A DNA stretch of 45,942 nt, taken from positions 1 through 45,942 of the forward strand of contig JALAGF010003398.1 of the NCBI GenBank assembly GCA_030167865.1, written 5' to 3'. The notes beneath the pieces are model-generated. The model saw only the letters and a list, made by a program, of their open reading frames with translations. It did no database searches and had not been told where the DNA came from. Origin of the DNA: Craspedostauros australis. Its lineage: Eukaryota. Numbering within the stretch: position 1 is the stretch's first letter; each line of letters starts with the position of its first letter. The position numbers and the translations under genes were made by a program. Shown one piece after another: positions 44,592-45,942 of the stretch.

Positions 44592-44975
44592 TATGTACCG
44601 TACCGTGCCATACCATAATATGCGATGCCATGCCATACGAACATGTGCGGCTTCAATCGCAAATGGACAAGAGCGCAATCAGTTGGCTCGAGCATCCTCT
44701 GGTACCTGGTGATCTCTTTCCTATTTGCGGATAGAGAGATATCAATCGCTGAGAGCGTACGGTGCAACGGAATGATGGGATGTTGTACAAGCCATCGTTC
44801 CAACTGTATCCCACCACAAGGTACATTCACACGAGGACATGGAGTATCCACCCCTTCCTACTCACACGTATTTACATGCCACACTATTCTAGAGGGAATT
44901 ATTGTAGTGTACTGCTACTACTATTAACATACGTACTCTCCTCGTTTCGAATGACACACACACCACGTCATTTCC

Positions 44976-45942
44976 TCAGTATTGGAAGTTCCGAGTTTGC
45001 GAAATGTTGAAGAGAACGTCCCTACAGGATTGGAGCAGCCACTCCTTCGTCGCTTCGTCTACCTGATTCGCGATAGTGCTGTAGGGTTTCTGATCCATAG
45101 CTGCCCAGCCGTTTCTCTTGTACCTGCTACGCACGGCATTTCGCACGATGAATTCGTTGTTGGTTGCTCTCGTTCCCCACACGCGGACTTGGCGACCGCC
45201 TGTATCGTTGTACAGACCTTCCTCGGGATAGCCGAATTTCTCGTCCTTCATGAAATCGATGGCGGCCGTCTTCAGTGCGCCGGGTCCGGTGACTACGGGA
45301 ATGCGCTGCCTCAGCACATTGTTGACGTCGAACAGACGCAAGTAGACCCGATGGACGGCGTAGAACATGAGGGGATGTTTGGGCGACGCCGCGATGAAGT
45401 ACTGCGCGGGGAAGCCACCGCCTTCGACGACTATGTAGGCATCATCGTCCGGCTGGATTGCGGCGTCGGTGGTGAACCGAGGTCCAGGGGCGCTGTCCAT
45501 GTCGGAGTAGATACCACCGTACTCATACAGGACAAGATATCGCCAGAGATCGGTCTTGGCGGCGCCACTGATGAGGCATTCCTGTATCAGTTGCAGATGC
45601 GGAAACTCGGGCCAAAACTTCGTGAGCAACCTATCCACGGCTGGATCGTCATGGAAGAGGAAGGAGTGGCCTTCCAGCTCCCAATTCTTCAGGCTGGACC
45701 GGAATGCCCCTGTCAAGCAGGGTCTCTTGCCGCTAATGTGCACGATCCTTGGGATCTTGCGCGGCGGCAGCGTTTGGTTGGCGAACGTGCTGTTGATGAA
45801 GAAGGTGCCATTGGGGCACATATGCGGGTCAAACTTGCTCGTCTGGACGAGATCCTCCAGCGGGATGTAATCAATCTCGCGGCTGGTGTGCTTGGCCCTC
45901 TCCTTGGACATGCCTGGTGCTGCGGTCGCCCGTCGGTCGGGA
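44976..45942 (-). CDS. GT32 (Och1/Sur1-like DXD) glycosyltransferase, 5' part outside the window
   Basis: KIPRIVH, AKTDLWRYLVLYEYGGIYSDMD (DXD), FIAASPKHP and TGPG. The frame stays open from the ATG at 45911 to the window edge and no TM anchor is visible, so the gene probably starts upstream. Confidence 0.88.
   Translation of the reverse strand, partial: PDRRATAAPGMSKERAKHTSREIDYIPLEDLVQTSKFDPHMCPNGTFFINSTFANQTLPPRKIPRIVHISGKRPCLTGAFRSSLKNWELEGHSFLFHDDPAVDRLLTKFWPEFPHLQLIQECLISGAAKTDLWRYLVLYEYGGIYSDMDSAPGPRFTTDAAIQPDDDAYIVVEGGGFPAQYFIAASPKHPLMFYAVHRVYLRLFDVNNVLRQRIPVVTGPGALKTAAIDFMKDEKFGYPEEGLYNDTGGRQVRVWGTRATNNEFIVRNAVRSRYKRNGWAAMDQKPYSTIANQVDEATKEWLLQSCRDVLFNISQTRNFQY

Overview
Gene-dense eukaryotic nuclear DNA, very probably a diatom (or a close ochrophyte). 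The evidence is short GT-AG spliceosomal introns (10 inferred, 171-367 bp) and several proteins with bipartite signal+'AF' plastid presequences. The species cannot be named from the sequence. I can support 22 protein-coding genes, in order: a stand-alone DHFR-like protein, a C2/U-box E3 ligase, a GT47 exostosin, a six-repeat HA-domain protein, RRN3, a thylakoid-lumen FKBP, a LarB-like protein, a plastid adenylate kinase, a DUF6787-like protein, a Nudix hydrolase, a ubiquitin-like/eL41 fusion, SF3B1, an orphan, FIS1, a ZIP transporter, a plastid 2Fe-2S protein, NAA35/MAK10, a ZnF-Tudor-Myb protein, a PSI/LEA_2 membrane protein, a 4-TM protein, a sulfotransferase-fold protein and a 5'-truncated GT32. 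I recognised no tRNA, rRNA, CRISPR array or transposon. The most interesting candidates are (1) an intron-containing, apparently mitochondrion-targeted LarB, implying nickel-pincer-nucleotide cofactor chemistry in a diatom, (2) an acidic FUBI-like domain without the di-Gly end, fused to ribosomal protein eL41/eS32, and (3) several unusual domain architectures. All family assignments come from motif recognition by eye; no database search was run.
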